Positions 8,588-17,742 of a DNA stretch of 38,916 nucleotides are shown piece after piece. Under the pieces are notes generated by a model. That model saw nothing but the letters and a program-made list of their open reading frames with translations, was not told the origin of the DNA and ran no database searches. Both the position numbers and the translations under genes were made by a program. Source of the stretch: a bacterium (GTDB lineage: Bacteria; Arandabacterota; Arandabacteria; Arandabacterales; JALGWA01); NCBI GenBank assembly GCA_050125095.1, contig JASFEA010000011.1, positions 1 through 38,916 on the forward strand. Direction: 5' to 3'. How positions within the stretch are numbered: the first letter of the stretch is position 1; the number at the start of each line of letters is the position of its first letter.

Positions 8588-9697
8588 CTAGTACCGGGCC
8601 GCCGGCGCATTATTGCCCGTGAAGGCGGTGATCACCGTATCGGCAGGCTCCCCGCGGGCCAGGTACCTGGCCAGGCCGGCGACGCCGGCCGCGGCCGTTG
8701 GCTCGATCTGAAAGCCCTTTGCCGACACATCTCTAAGCGCGGCCATGATCTCCAGGTCGTCGACGGCGAAGAAGTCGCCTCCGGTCTCCCGGACCGCGGC
8801 CAGAACCTGGTTTCCCCTGGCGGGCGAGGCTATCGCGATACCGTCGGCCATAGTCCCGCAAGGCCCCCGGGGGGGCTCTATTCGCCCAGGCTCGCTGTCT
8901 TCGTGAAACGCCCTGAAAAGCGGAGCGCATGCCCTCGCCTGGACGCCTATGAGCTTGGGCATCCTGCCGACCACTCCGGCGGCCAGGAGGTCCTTGAATC
9001 CCAGGTATGTCCCAAGGAGCAGCGTGCCGTTGCCCACGGGAAGCACCACCGCATCGGGAGCCTTATAGTCCAGCTGCTCGCATACCTCGTATGCAAAAGT
9101 CTTCGTGCCCTGGAGAAAGAAGGGATTGCGCGAGTGGCTGGCGTAATAGGCCCCGGCTGCCGCCTTGAGCGCCTCGGCGGCGCAGTCCTCCCTGGTGCCG
9201 TGAACCTCTCTGAGCTCCGCCCCGTAATGTCTTATGCGTTCGGCCTTCTCCGGACGCACTCCCTCGGGAACATACACCGTGCACCTCACGCCGGCCTCTC
9301 TGCAATATGCGGCAACGGCGGCGCCGGCATTGCCGGAGGAGTCCTCTACGGCCGCGTTGACTCCAATTTCCTTCATCCTGCTCGCAACCACCGAGGCCCC
9401 CCGGTCCTTGAACGAGCCCGTGGGGTTGAGGTACTCTTCCTTGACGAGCACTTTCCTTCCCGCCGCCTTATACTCCCTGAGGGGCGTAAGGCCCTCCCCC
9501 AGGGTGATTGCGCCGGCCGCGTCCCGGATCGGGATGGCTTCTCGATACCGCCACATCGTAGGCTCGCGTGACGCAATATCCGACAGGTCGAAGCGTGCAC
9601 TGAACTCGATGTCCAGCAGGCCTCCGCATTCACATCCCCACCGCGGGTCGTCGAGACTATAGGCCTTGCCGCATGAAGCACATAATAGCCGGTCCAT
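8588..9697 (-). CDS. Threonine synthase-like PLP-dependent enzyme (fold type II)
   Basis: N-terminal CxxC..CxC, WRY, LGEGLTPL, NPTGSFKDRG (PLP lysine), DSSGNAG, PVGNG, EPT. GGAGGT SD. The DSSGNAG variant may not be a true ThrC. Confidence 0.8.
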   Translation of the reverse strand: MDRLLCASCGKAYSLDDPRWGCECGGLLDIEFSARFDLSDIASREPTMWRYREAIPIRDAAGAITLGEGLTPLREYKAAGRKVLVKEEYLNPTGSFKDRGASVVASRMKEIGVNAAVEDSSGNAGAAVAAYCREAGVRCTVYVPEGVRPEKAERIRHYGAELREVHGTREDCAAEALKAAAGAYYASHSRNPFFLQGTKTFAYEVCEQLDYKAPDAVVLPVGNGTLLLGTYLGFKDLLAAGVVGRMPKLIGVQARACAPLFRAFHEDSEPGRIEPPRGPCGTMADGIAIASPARGNQVLAAVRETGGDFFAVDDLEIMAALRDVSAKGFQIEPTAAAGVAGLARYLARGEPADTVITAFTGNNAPAARY

Positions 9698-9715
9698 TCC
9701 GCACCTCCAGCCCCC

Positions 9716-9724
9716 ATTCTAGCA
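9716..9724 (-). promoter_or_regulatory. Extended -10 element for the threonine synthase-like gene
   Basis: TG-C-TAGAAT on the minus strand, just upstream of the SD at 9703-9708. Confidence 0.5.
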
Positions 9725-9778
9725 CGATTGCGGAGCGAAACGCCATCCAGCTTCATCCGTTTACGGGGCAGTTTGAGG

Positions 9779-9807
9779 TTGAGTCCGTCCGGGCTTGAGA
9801 CTACTCT
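9779..9807 (+). promoter_or_regulatory. sigma70-type promoter for the P-type ATPase (possibly leaderless transcript)
   Basis: TTGAGT (9779-9784), 17-nt spacer, TACTCT (9802-9807). ATG is 7 nt downstream and has no SD. Confidence 0.5.
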
Positions 9808-9814
9808 CTTGTGC

Positions 9815-12448
9815 ATGGAGTATTTTTCGCGGCGAATAGAAGACGTGTACGACGACCTGGGCACGTCCGAACAGGGCCTTGCCTCACCGGAGGCCGCGGC
9901 CCGGCTCGCCAGGTTCGGACCCAATGAGCTCGCCGAGGCCGGCGGACCAGCCTGGTGGCGAATGCTCCTCTCCCAGTTCACCTCGCCCGTCATCTATGTG
10001 CTCATCGGGGCGGTCGTCGTATCGGCGCTTATAGGCGAAGCAATCGACGCCGTGGTGGTGGGCGCCATACTCGTTCTCAACGCCGTGCTCGGTTTCCTCC
10101 AGGAATTCAGGGCCGAGAAGGCCGTCAAGGCTCTCAAGAAGATGGCAAGTCTGAAGGCGATCGTCATGAGAGACGGGACCGAGAGAGAGGTCGACGCGGC
10201 CCTGCTCGTCCCGGGTGACGTGGTGTTGCTCCAGAGCGGCGATAAGATACCGGCGGACTCGCGGCTCATAGAGGAAATCGAGCTCGAGACACAGGAGGCG
10301 GCCCTCACCGGCGAATCGGTGCCCGTTCAGAAAGATGTTGCTCCGGTCGAGGCGAAAGCTGAAGGCGAGGTCTCCATCGCGGATCTCCACAACTGCGTCT
10401 TCGCCGGAACCGTCATAACGCGGGGTCGCGCCAGGGCGGTCGTGGCCAGAACGGGCATGGATACTGAGATCGGCAAGATAGCCCACATGATTCAGGCGAC
10501 AGAGGACGAGGAGACCCCGCTTCAAATACAACTGGCCACCCTTGGCAAGTGGCTGGGAATCGCCACTGTCATTATCTGCGGGCTCGTTTTCGCCGCGGTC
10601 ATGCTCATCCAGGGCGGCGAAGTCCTGGAGGTATTCTTCGCGGCCGTCGCCCTCGCGGTCGCGGCGATCCCGGAGGGCCTGCCGGCGGTCGTCACGATTT
10701 CGCTCTCACTCGGCGTGAGGCGCATGGTCCGGCGCAACGCCCTCATCAGGAGCCTCCCGAGCGTCGAGACGCTGGGCTGCACAACGGTCGTATGCTCCGA
10801 CAAGACGGGCACCCTCACCCACAATGAGATGACCGTCACCAATGTATATGTCGACGGCAAGGACATCAGCGTCGGGGGCCGCGGGTATGCGCCTGAGGGC
10901 GACTTCTCGGAGAAGAGCGACAATCTCGACCTCCTGCTTACCATTGGCGCTCTCAACAACGACGCCAGACTGGAACGGGACACCTGGCAGGCAATCGGCG
11001 ACCCGACCGAGGCATGTCTGATCACATCCGCGCTCAAGGCCGGGCTGGACAGGCAGACCCTTGATAAGCGCCACCCGCGCCTGGACGAGAGGCCCTTCGA
11101 CTCCGAACGCAAACGTATGACTACGGTGCATGAGATAGACGGCAAGCGCATGGCTTTCGTCAAGGGCGCTCCGGACCTTCTATTGGACAAGTCCACCATG
11201 GTGAAAGCGGGAAATGCCGAGCGAGCCATGCATCAGGACGATCGCGAGGCCATCCTTAAGAAGAACGAAGAGCTCGCTGCGTCCGCGATGCGCGTGCTCG
11301 GGTTTGCGTACAGGGAACTCGGTCCCGGAGATAACAGGGAGACATATGAAACCGACCTGGTCTTCGTCGGGCTTCAGGCCATGATCGACCCCCCCCGCGA
11401 CGAAGCCAGGGAGGCAATCGCAAGATGCCGGACGGCCGGCATCAAGGTCGTCATGGTAACCGGCGACCTCGAGACGACAGCCAGGGCCATAGGCCGGGAG
11501 CTCGGCATAGAGGGCCGCTCGATGACCGGCGCCGAATTGCACAGGATCGATGAAGCCGATCTCGAGAAGACCGTCGAGGACGTGTCCATTTACTCGCGTG
11601 TCAACCCCGCCGACAAGGTCAAGATAGTGAGCGCCTTCAGGAAGCGGGGCCATATCGTAGCCATGACCGGAGACGGGGTGAACGACGCACCCGCCCTCAA
11701 GCAGGCCGATATCGGCATAGCCATGGGGATCACCGGAACGGATGTCGCCAAGGAAGCGAGCGACATGATCCTCACGGACGACAACTTCGCTTCAATAGTG
11801 AACGCGGTAGAAGAGGGCCGGGGGATATACGACAACATCCGGAAGTTCGTGAATTACCTCTTGTCGGGCAATGTGGGAGAAGTGCTTATAATCTTCGTCG
11901 GCGTTCTCACGGGCCTGCCGCTGCCCCTGACCGCAGTGCAGATATTGTGGATCAATCTGGTGACCGACGGTCTCCCCGCCGTCGCCCTGGGGGTCGACCC
12001 CATCCCGGCGGACGCCATGCAGCGGCCGCCCCGGCGCATCACCGACCGAATCATGTCGAAGGGCATGTCGCTCAACGTGCTCGGAATGGGCGTTCTCATG
12101 TGCATCGCAACGCTCATCATATTCAGAACAGGCTACCGCGAAGGCCTTGCGGTGGCCCGCACCATGGCATTCATGACCCTGGTGCTCCTTGAAATTGTCA
12201 GACTTGCCATGATCCGATCGGCTTACCGGACTCCCGCTTTCTCCAACAAGTGGCTCACGGGGGCGGTGCTGGTCTCACTCGCGCTTCAGCTTGCAGTAAT
12301 CTACACGCCTGTCAACCGGCTCTTCGGGACGGTACCTCTGGCCGCTTCACACTGGCTATATATGTCCATAGCCGTAGCCGGCGTGTTCCTGGCGGGGACC
12401 GCCCTGGGCCATATACTGGGCAAGGTCAACGCAGAAGAAGTCACTTAG
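9815..12448 (+). CDS. Type IIA (SERCA-like) calcium-translocating P-type ATPase
   Basis: TGES, IPEGL, DKTGTLT, KGAP, DPPR, MTGDGVNDAPAL, SGNVGE, WINLVTDGLPA. Start ATG 9815 preferred over TTG 9728. Confidence 0.92.
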   Translation: MEYFSRRIEDVYDDLGTSEQGLASPEAAARLARFGPNELAEAGGPAWWRMLLSQFTSPVIYVLIGAVVVSALIGEAIDAVVVGAILVLNAVLGFLQEFRAEKAVKALKKMASLKAIVMRDGTEREVDAALLVPGDVVLLQSGDKIPADSRLIEEIELETQEAALTGESVPVQKDVAPVEAKAEGEVSIADLHNCVFAGTVITRGRARAVVARTGMDTEIGKIAHMIQATEDEETPLQIQLATLGKWLGIATVIICGLVFAAVMLIQGGEVLEVFFAAVALAVAAIPEGLPAVVTISLSLGVRRMVRRNALIRSLPSVETLGCTTVVCSDKTGTLTHNEMTVTNVYVDGKDISVGGRGYAPEGDFSEKSDNLDLLLTIGALNNDARLERDTWQAIGDPTEACLITSALKAGLDRQTLDKRHPRLDERPFDSERKRMTTVHEIDGKRMAFVKGAPDLLLDKSTMVKAGNAERAMHQDDREAILKKNEELAASAMRVLGFAYRELGPGDNRETYETDLVFVGLQAMIDPPRDEAREAIARCRTAGIKVVMVTGDLETTARAIGRELGIEGRSMTGAELHRIDEADLEKTVEDVSIYSRVNPADKVKIVSAFRKRGHIVAMTGDGVNDAPALKQADIGIAMGITGTDVAKEASDMILTDDNFASIVNAVEEGRGIYDNIRKFVNYLLSGNVGEVLIIFVGVLTGLPLPLTAVQILWINLVTDGLPAVALGVDPIPADAMQRPPRRITDRIMSKGMSLNVLGMGVLMCIATLIIFRTGYREGLAVARTMAFMTLVLLEIVRLAMIRSAYRTPAFSNKWLTGAVLVSLALQLAVIYTPVNRLFGTVPLAASHWLYMSIAVAGVFLAGTALGHILGKVNAEEVT

Positions 12449-12469
12449 GGAGGGAGGGAATCACTCAGT

Positions 12470-12492
12470 GAGCGCGGCAGCCTGCCGCACTC
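12470..12492 (-). terminator. Hairpin immediately after the FabK-like stop codon
   Basis: GAGTGCGGCA-GGC-TGCCGCGCTC on the minus strand (10 bp with one G-U). No U-tract. Confidence 0.3.
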
Positions 12493-13515
12493 TCATTCGC
12501 CCAATTGCGTTCGGATGCGCCTGAGTTCGGCCTCTGTATCGGAGGCAAGCTTATCTATGATATGCTTGACCGATGCTTCCCGGTTGACGAGCCCCACCGA
12601 CTGCCCGGCCATCATGGACCCGCGGGATACATCGCCGTCCACGACGGCGTCCCGCAGACGCCCCGCCCAGAATTCTTCCACTCTGAGCTGAGACTGCTCG
12701 CTGGTGATCTCGCCGGCGTCCAGCTTTTCCATGAGGTCAAGCTGCAGCTGGGAGAAGTCATCCGTGGATGAATTCCTGAGAGCGCGCACCGGCACCACCG
12801 AGAGCCTGCTGTCGAAGGCAGGCGTAGACACCGCGTCCCTTGCGCGCGCCCTGATGAAGGCCTGCTTGAACCTGGGGTGGGCGCAGCTCTCTTTTGAGAC
12901 GGCGAATAGCGTCCCGAACTGCACCCCATAGGCCCCCATCAGAAAGAGATGCGCGCACATCCTGCCCGTTGCGATTCCCCCCGCCACGAAGACCGGCACT
13001 TCCGAGACCTCAAAGAGCACCTGCTGCAGCAGTATGGTGAGCGTCACACGCCCCACGTGGCCGCCGGCTTCCATGCCCTCCAGTATAAGGCCGTCGGCGC
13101 CGTACTCGAGCATGCGGTCGGCCATTGACCTGGTGGACGCGAAGCACAGCACCCGGGCCCCGCAGGCCTTGGCCTTCTGCACCTCCGCCTTCTTCGGGAA
13201 ACTCCCCGCGAAGACGATAAAAGGCACCTTGAGCCGGCATACGGTCTCGAGGTGCTCCATGTAGACGGGCGCGATGGTGATGAGGTTAACAGCGAATGGC
13301 TTGTCGGTGAGCTCCCTGGTCTCCTCCACCTGCCGCTCAAGGAGTTTGGTGGGCATATTGCCGCCGGCGAGGCTCGCGAAGCCGCCGGCGTTGCTCACGG
13401 CGGCTACGAGCCTGGGGTCGCTGATCCAGGTCATGGCCCCGCAGAGAAACGGGTACCTGACGCCAAGAAACTCCCGGCCTGCCTTCGATATCCCGTCGAG
13501 GAGCCCGGTGGCCAT
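12493..13515 (-). CDS. FMN-dependent enoyl-ACP reductase FabK / nitronate monooxygenase family protein
   Basis: GAMTWIS, AVSNAGG, EGMEAGGH, AGGIATG, GVQFGT, MAGQSVGL. GGGAGGT SD before ATG 13515. Confidence 0.85.
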   Translation of the reverse strand: MATGLLDGISKAGREFLGVRYPFLCGAMTWISDPRLVAAVSNAGGFASLAGGNMPTKLLERQVEETRELTDKPFAVNLITIAPVYMEHLETVCRLKVPFIVFAGSFPKKAEVQKAKACGARVLCFASTRSMADRMLEYGADGLILEGMEAGGHVGRVTLTILLQQVLFEVSEVPVFVAGGIATGRMCAHLFLMGAYGVQFGTLFAVSKESCAHPRFKQAFIRARARDAVSTPAFDSRLSVVPVRALRNSSTDDFSQLQLDLMEKLDAGEITSEQSQLRVEEFWAGRLRDAVVDGDVSRGSMMAGQSVGLVNREASVKHIIDKLASDTEAELRRIRTQLGE

Positions 13516-13664
13516 GCGTAACCTCCCGTTCAATACGCCTCCATTATCCCACCCTGGCCATGGTCGTCAAGAACTCCCGGCATTGTGCTTTACAGCCAAG
13601 CGGGCAATCTGATAACCTCCGGCTGCATTGGGCAAGCATTTCACCACATCAAATGGAGGCGATT

Positions 13665-14897
13665 ATGTCCAGAACCCTATCGGTTTTATGCGCATGTGCG
13701 GCACTGGCCGTATGCTGCGGCTGCGGGGGCGATAACGGCTCCGGCCCCGCGCCCGAGGTTGCCGTTTCCCTGGACCCCGGCGCCATGGACGTGGAAGTGG
13801 GCAGATCGGCGACCATAACGACCCAAGTCACCGGGACCAGTAATACGGGACTCACCTGGTTCGTAAACGGTATCGAGAACGGCGATGACGTGTTCGGTAC
13901 CATCACCCATAACAGCCCCGCGACCTACACGGCGCCCGACACCCTGCCCGGCCAGACAACGGTCGAGGTGAGGGCTATTTCCGTGGCCGACACGGCCAAG
14001 TACGACTCCTGCTGGGTTACCATCACCTTCAAGGTGATTCACGTCGACATCACCAGCGGCGACGACGCAGTGGGAACCGGGTATGCCCATGAGCCCGTCA
14101 AGACCATACACCGCGGCAATGAACTCGTCCCAGACGGCGGCACGGTGCTGGTCGCCCCCGGAACCTACGATACCGACCATGGCGAGACTTTCACTATTTA
14201 CCCCGGGCCAGGCGTCACCATAGAAGGCGAGAACTGGGAAACCTGCATTGTCCGTGGCGGGAGTCCGGGTGGAACCGCTTTCTACCTCGGGAACACGTCA
14301 GCTGCAGTGCGCAAATTCACTTTCGAATCGTCACCCGAGCTCGGGCCGGACAGGTGGGAGCATTATGTCACCATGCACGGTGACAATATCCGTGTGGACA
14401 GCCTGAGAACCGCGCAGCGTAGCTATTACGCGCCCATACGTTTCAAGAACTGCACCGGTCCCATAGTAGAGAACTGCGTTTTCGACGTGCCCCTCCTGGA
14501 CCCCGCCCCACCCGGCATAGGGCAAAACAGGGGATTCGAATTCCTGGGGGGGAACACGGGGATAATAATCCGAGGATGCACTATTTCAGGATTCCGTCAG
14601 GGATTCCATATGGGCTCGGACAACGATCCGCTCATAGAGAACTGCATAATTGAGGACAACGAGTACGGGGTGAATCTCTGCTGTTACCATGATGAGGAGC
14701 ACAATGCCAATCCCGACCTGGGAGGCGGCGCAAGGGGCAGCGCCGGGGGCAACTTCATAAGGAATAATACGGTATACGGGATCAATAATCAGACTTACAA
14801 TGTGATTTACGCCAAGTACAATACATGGACTAATGATCCGCCCGTGGCGGGGGAGGACTACTACAACGAGAGTACGGGGGGAGTTGTGTACGAATAG
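13665..14897 (+). CDS. Lipoprotein, Ig-like domain + DUF1565 / right-handed beta-helix (paralog 1)
   Basis: GGAGG SD before ATG 13665. Lipobox-like CCGC. PVKTI..APGTY..GETFTI, repeated I-x-N-C-x-I strands, PDLGGGARGSAGGN. Confidence 0.8.
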   Translation: MSRTLSVLCACAALAVCCGCGGDNGSGPAPEVAVSLDPGAMDVEVGRSATITTQVTGTSNTGLTWFVNGIENGDDVFGTITHNSPATYTAPDTLPGQTTVEVRAISVADTAKYDSCWVTITFKVIHVDITSGDDAVGTGYAHEPVKTIHRGNELVPDGGTVLVAPGTYDTDHGETFTIYPGPGVTIEGENWETCIVRGGSPGGTAFYLGNTSAAVRKFTFESSPELGPDRWEHYVTMHGDNIRVDSLRTAQRSYYAPIRFKNCTGPIVENCVFDVPLLDPAPPGIGQNRGFEFLGGNTGIIIRGCTISGFRQGFHMGSDNDPLIENCIIEDNEYGVNLCCYHDEEHNANPDLGGGARGSAGGNFIRNNTVYGINNQTYNVIYAKYNTWTNDPPVAGEDYYNESTGGVVYE

Positions 14898-14936
14898 GCC
14901 CGCCTGATTAACCGGAATGTCTGAAAGGAGCCATAT

Positions 14937-16157
14937 ATGAGAACGCCTGTCTCTGCTGCGACGCTGATAGGAATAGCCAGTGTGCTGGTTATAGCCGGTT
15001 GCGGGGGCGACAGCGGAAGCGAAGCCAACCCGGTAACGGCTGTGTCCATAAGCCCGGACGCCATGGACATCGAGGTGGCTCACTCCAGAGAGCTCACCGC
15101 CACCGTAAGCGGAAGTAACAAGAATCTCACCTGGTATGTGAACGACATAGAGAACGGCAGCGACATCGTGGGAGAGATCAGCGAGAACAGCCCGGTGACC
15201 TACACGGCCCCGAACTGGCTGCCCAGCCCGTCCACGGTTCTCATTAAGGCCGTATCGCACGAAGACACAACACTCTACGATTCCTGCGCGGTCAACATCA
15301 CCTTCAACAAGCTCTTCGTGGATGCGGACAACGGCAATGACTCCAATAACGGCTGTATGAACCTTCCCTTAAAGACCATAACCCATGCCATGTCGGAAAC
15401 GGATTCGGGAACGACGGTGGTCGTTTTCCCGGGAGTGTACGATAGCGACAACGGCGAGGACTTCCCCATAAACATGGGGATCGGCCGGGGTGTGACACTC
15501 GTGGGGATGGACTGGGAGAACTGCATAATCCGAGGGCGCTCGGATATCGGATCCATGACGACCGTCTCGGTGAGTGGGTGGGACTGCAGGTTCCGCAAAT
15601 TTACGGTCGAACCGGGGCCGCCGGTCGAGATCATACCCCATATTACCATCTCCGTCGGCGGCACCGGGAACATGGTGGACAGCGTAAGGACATCATACCG
15701 GGCCGATTACTTCCTGCGCGTCCAGGGCTCCACCGATGTCACGCTGCAGAACAATTACTTCGTGGTGGATGACGGTGAGCGCCTCAAGAGGGGAATCGAG
15801 ATAGTCTTCAATAACAGCGGCACCATAATAAGGAACTGCACGGTTTCGGGCTATTTTACGGGCATCTTCTTCAATCAAGATGAAGACGCGCTTGTAGAAG
15901 GGTGCGTACTCGAGGGCAACGACTACGGGGCCGAGCTATGCTGCTTCGAAAGCGAAACGAGTAATCCAAACCCGGATTTCGGGGGCGGGGCAAGAGGCAG
16001 CGTCGGTGGCAACAGATTCGCCAACAACGCCTCCTGCGGCCTGTACAATCCAACATACAATGTGATCTTCGCCAAATACAATACATGGGACAACGACCCG
16101 CCTGTGGCGGGTGAGGACTACTGTAACACGAGCACAGGCGGGGTTGTGATCGAATAG
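14937..16157 (+). CDS. Lipoprotein, Ig-like domain + DUF1565 / right-handed beta-helix (paralog 2)
   Basis: AAAGGAG SD. Lipobox IAGC. FVDADNGNDSNNG..PLKTITHA..PGVY..GEDFPI, PDFGGGARGSVGGN. Confidence 0.82.
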   Translation: MRTPVSAATLIGIASVLVIAGCGGDSGSEANPVTAVSISPDAMDIEVAHSRELTATVSGSNKNLTWYVNDIENGSDIVGEISENSPVTYTAPNWLPSPSTVLIKAVSHEDTTLYDSCAVNITFNKLFVDADNGNDSNNGCMNLPLKTITHAMSETDSGTTVVVFPGVYDSDNGEDFPINMGIGRGVTLVGMDWENCIIRGRSDIGSMTTVSVSGWDCRFRKFTVEPGPPVEIIPHITISVGGTGNMVDSVRTSYRADYFLRVQGSTDVTLQNNYFVVDDGERLKRGIEIVFNNSGTIIRNCTVSGYFTGIFFNQDEDALVEGCVLEGNDYGAELCCFESETSNPNPDFGGGARGSVGGNRFANNASCGLYNPTYNVIFAKYNTWDNDPPVAGEDYCNTSTGGVVIE

Positions 16158-16194
16158 CCCCGTCTGGGGATGGGCCGTTGAAAAGGAGGCCGAT

Positions 16195-17415
16195 ATGAGA
16201 ACGGCTATTTGTGCGGCGGCGCTGATCGCAGTCGCGAGTATACTCGTTATCGCCGGATGCGGGGGCGATGACGGAAGCAGTCCCACGCCGGTAACCGGCG
16301 TATCCATCAGCCCCGACGCCATGGACATCGAGGTGTCGCATTCAAGACAGCTCACAGCCACCGTCAGCGGCAGCAACAAGAACCTCACCTGGTACGTTAA
16401 CGGCATCGAGAACGGGAACGAGATAGTGGGCGAGATCACCGAGAACAGCCCGGTGACCTACACGGCGCCCAACTGGCTGCCAGACCCATCCACGGTGCTC
16501 ATCAAGGCGGTCTCCGAAGAAGACACAACGCTCTACGATTCCTGCACCGTTCACATCACCTTCGATAAGCTCTTCGTCGATCCGGTGAGTGGAAACGACA
16601 GCAATAACGGCTGCATGAATTTCCCCTTCGCGACGCTGACACACGCATGTGACGAAGTTGACTCAGGCGGCACCATCCTGGCCCAGCCCGGCGTCTACAG
16701 CGAGGCCAGCGGTGAGGACTTCCCGATCATCTGCCATGAGGATGCGGTGACCATGGTCGGGATGGACTGGGAGCAGTGCATAATCCGGGGCAGCTCGACA
16801 GGCGGTTATGGTCTGATTGTCTCCATCGGAAGAACAGGCCAGGCCCTTAGGAAGTTCACGCTCGAGGAGGGCCCGCCGAGAGACTCCTCCGATGTCATGA
16901 TACTTGTCTGGGGGCTTGACGTACATGTCGACAGCATAAAGGTAAATGAGCGGGCTGACTATGCCGTATGCCGCGGAGAGAACGCTGGCGGCACCAATCT
17001 CCTGATTGAAAACTGCGAGTTTGTCGTGGATGACGGCCTGACTATGGATCGAGGTATCAACCTGTTTGATGACAGCGAGGGCGCCATAGTCAGGAACTGC
17101 AAGATCACCGGCTTCAATGTCGGTCTCAGAATAACAAACAACTGCGATGCGCTCGTGGAGTACTGCACAATCGAAGGCAACTATATCGGAGTCGAGACCG
17201 GCTACGAGGATTCGCCCAACAGCGTGAACCCGGACTTCGGAGGCGGCGCGCGGGGCTCTGCCGGCCAGAATATCATAAGAAATAACACCGAGTGCGGGCT
17301 CTGGCTCGAGCTCGATCATCCGATCTACGCCAAGTACAACACCTGGACAAATGACCCGCCGGTGGCCGGCGATGACTATTGCGTGGTTGGCGACGGGGGC
17401 GTGATTTTCGAGTAG
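16195..17415 (+). CDS. Lipoprotein, Ig-like domain + DUF1565 / right-handed beta-helix (paralog 3)
   Basis: AAGGAGG SD. Lipobox IAGC. FVDPVSGNDSNNG..PFATLTHA..PGVY..GEDFPI, PDFGGGARGSAGQN. Confidence 0.82.
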   Translation: MRTAICAAALIAVASILVIAGCGGDDGSSPTPVTGVSISPDAMDIEVSHSRQLTATVSGSNKNLTWYVNGIENGNEIVGEITENSPVTYTAPNWLPDPSTVLIKAVSEEDTTLYDSCTVHITFDKLFVDPVSGNDSNNGCMNFPFATLTHACDEVDSGGTILAQPGVYSEASGEDFPIICHEDAVTMVGMDWEQCIIRGSSTGGYGLIVSIGRTGQALRKFTLEEGPPRDSSDVMILVWGLDVHVDSIKVNERADYAVCRGENAGGTNLLIENCEFVVDDGLTMDRGINLFDDSEGAIVRNCKITGFNVGLRITNNCDALVEYCTIEGNYIGVETGYEDSPNSVNPDFGGGARGSAGQNIIRNNTECGLWLELDHPIYAKYNTWTNDPPVAGDDYCVVGDGGVIFE

Positions 17416-17521
17416 CAGCAAGGACCATCGGTCCCGGGAAACGTGTAAGTACGAACGCAATTTCGGGCTCAAATGGGTGGCGCGAGGGGCCGAAAAGTCA
17501 GTATATAAGGCTCTTTTATGC

Positions 17522-17550
17522 TTGACTTCAAAGGCCCGTTGGTATAAGCT
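17522..17550 (+). promoter_or_regulatory. Candidate sigma70 promoter P1 in the long intergenic region
   Basis: TTGACT (17522-17527), 17-nt spacer, TAAGCT (17545-17550). The -10 sits inside the palindrome TATAAG-CT-CTTATA. Confidence 0.45.
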
Positions 17551-17708
17551 CTTATATGTGTTAGGGTTCCGAGCGGGACGTGCGGCGGTGCTGCGAGAAA
17601 AAACTGTGAATCGTAAGCTTCGGCCGGGCGTCTAATAAGTGGACCCAGAAAAACTGAATAAGGCAAATAATGGGGCCAGAAGAAACTGCAGAATTTTGCA
17701 CATTTCTC

Positions 17709-17737
17709 TTGCGCGGTTTCCCGGCACTTGTTATATT
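17709..17737 (+). promoter_or_regulatory. sigma70 promoter P2 with extended -10
   Basis: TTGCGC (17709-17714), 17-nt spacer ending TGT, TATATT (17732-17737). Confidence 0.7.
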
Positions 17738-17742
17738 GCATA

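Noticed and set aside
8540-9571. 343-aa plus-strand ORF, and other long antisense ORFs such as 4647-5696, 20664-21869, 22120-23226, 33080-34210 and 34973-35947
   Set aside because: Shadow frames opposite well-supported genes, expected in GC-rich DNA.
13665-17415. Possible diversity-generating retroelement target array
   Set aside because: No reverse transcriptase in the window, no template/variable repeat pair, and differences between paralogs are not restricted to adenines.
17596-17660. Partial likeness to a c-di-GMP-II riboswitch (AAACUGUGAA...CCGGGCG...GGAcCCAG)
   Set aside because: No P3 pairing and no downstream pseudoknot partner or GCAACC-like segment.
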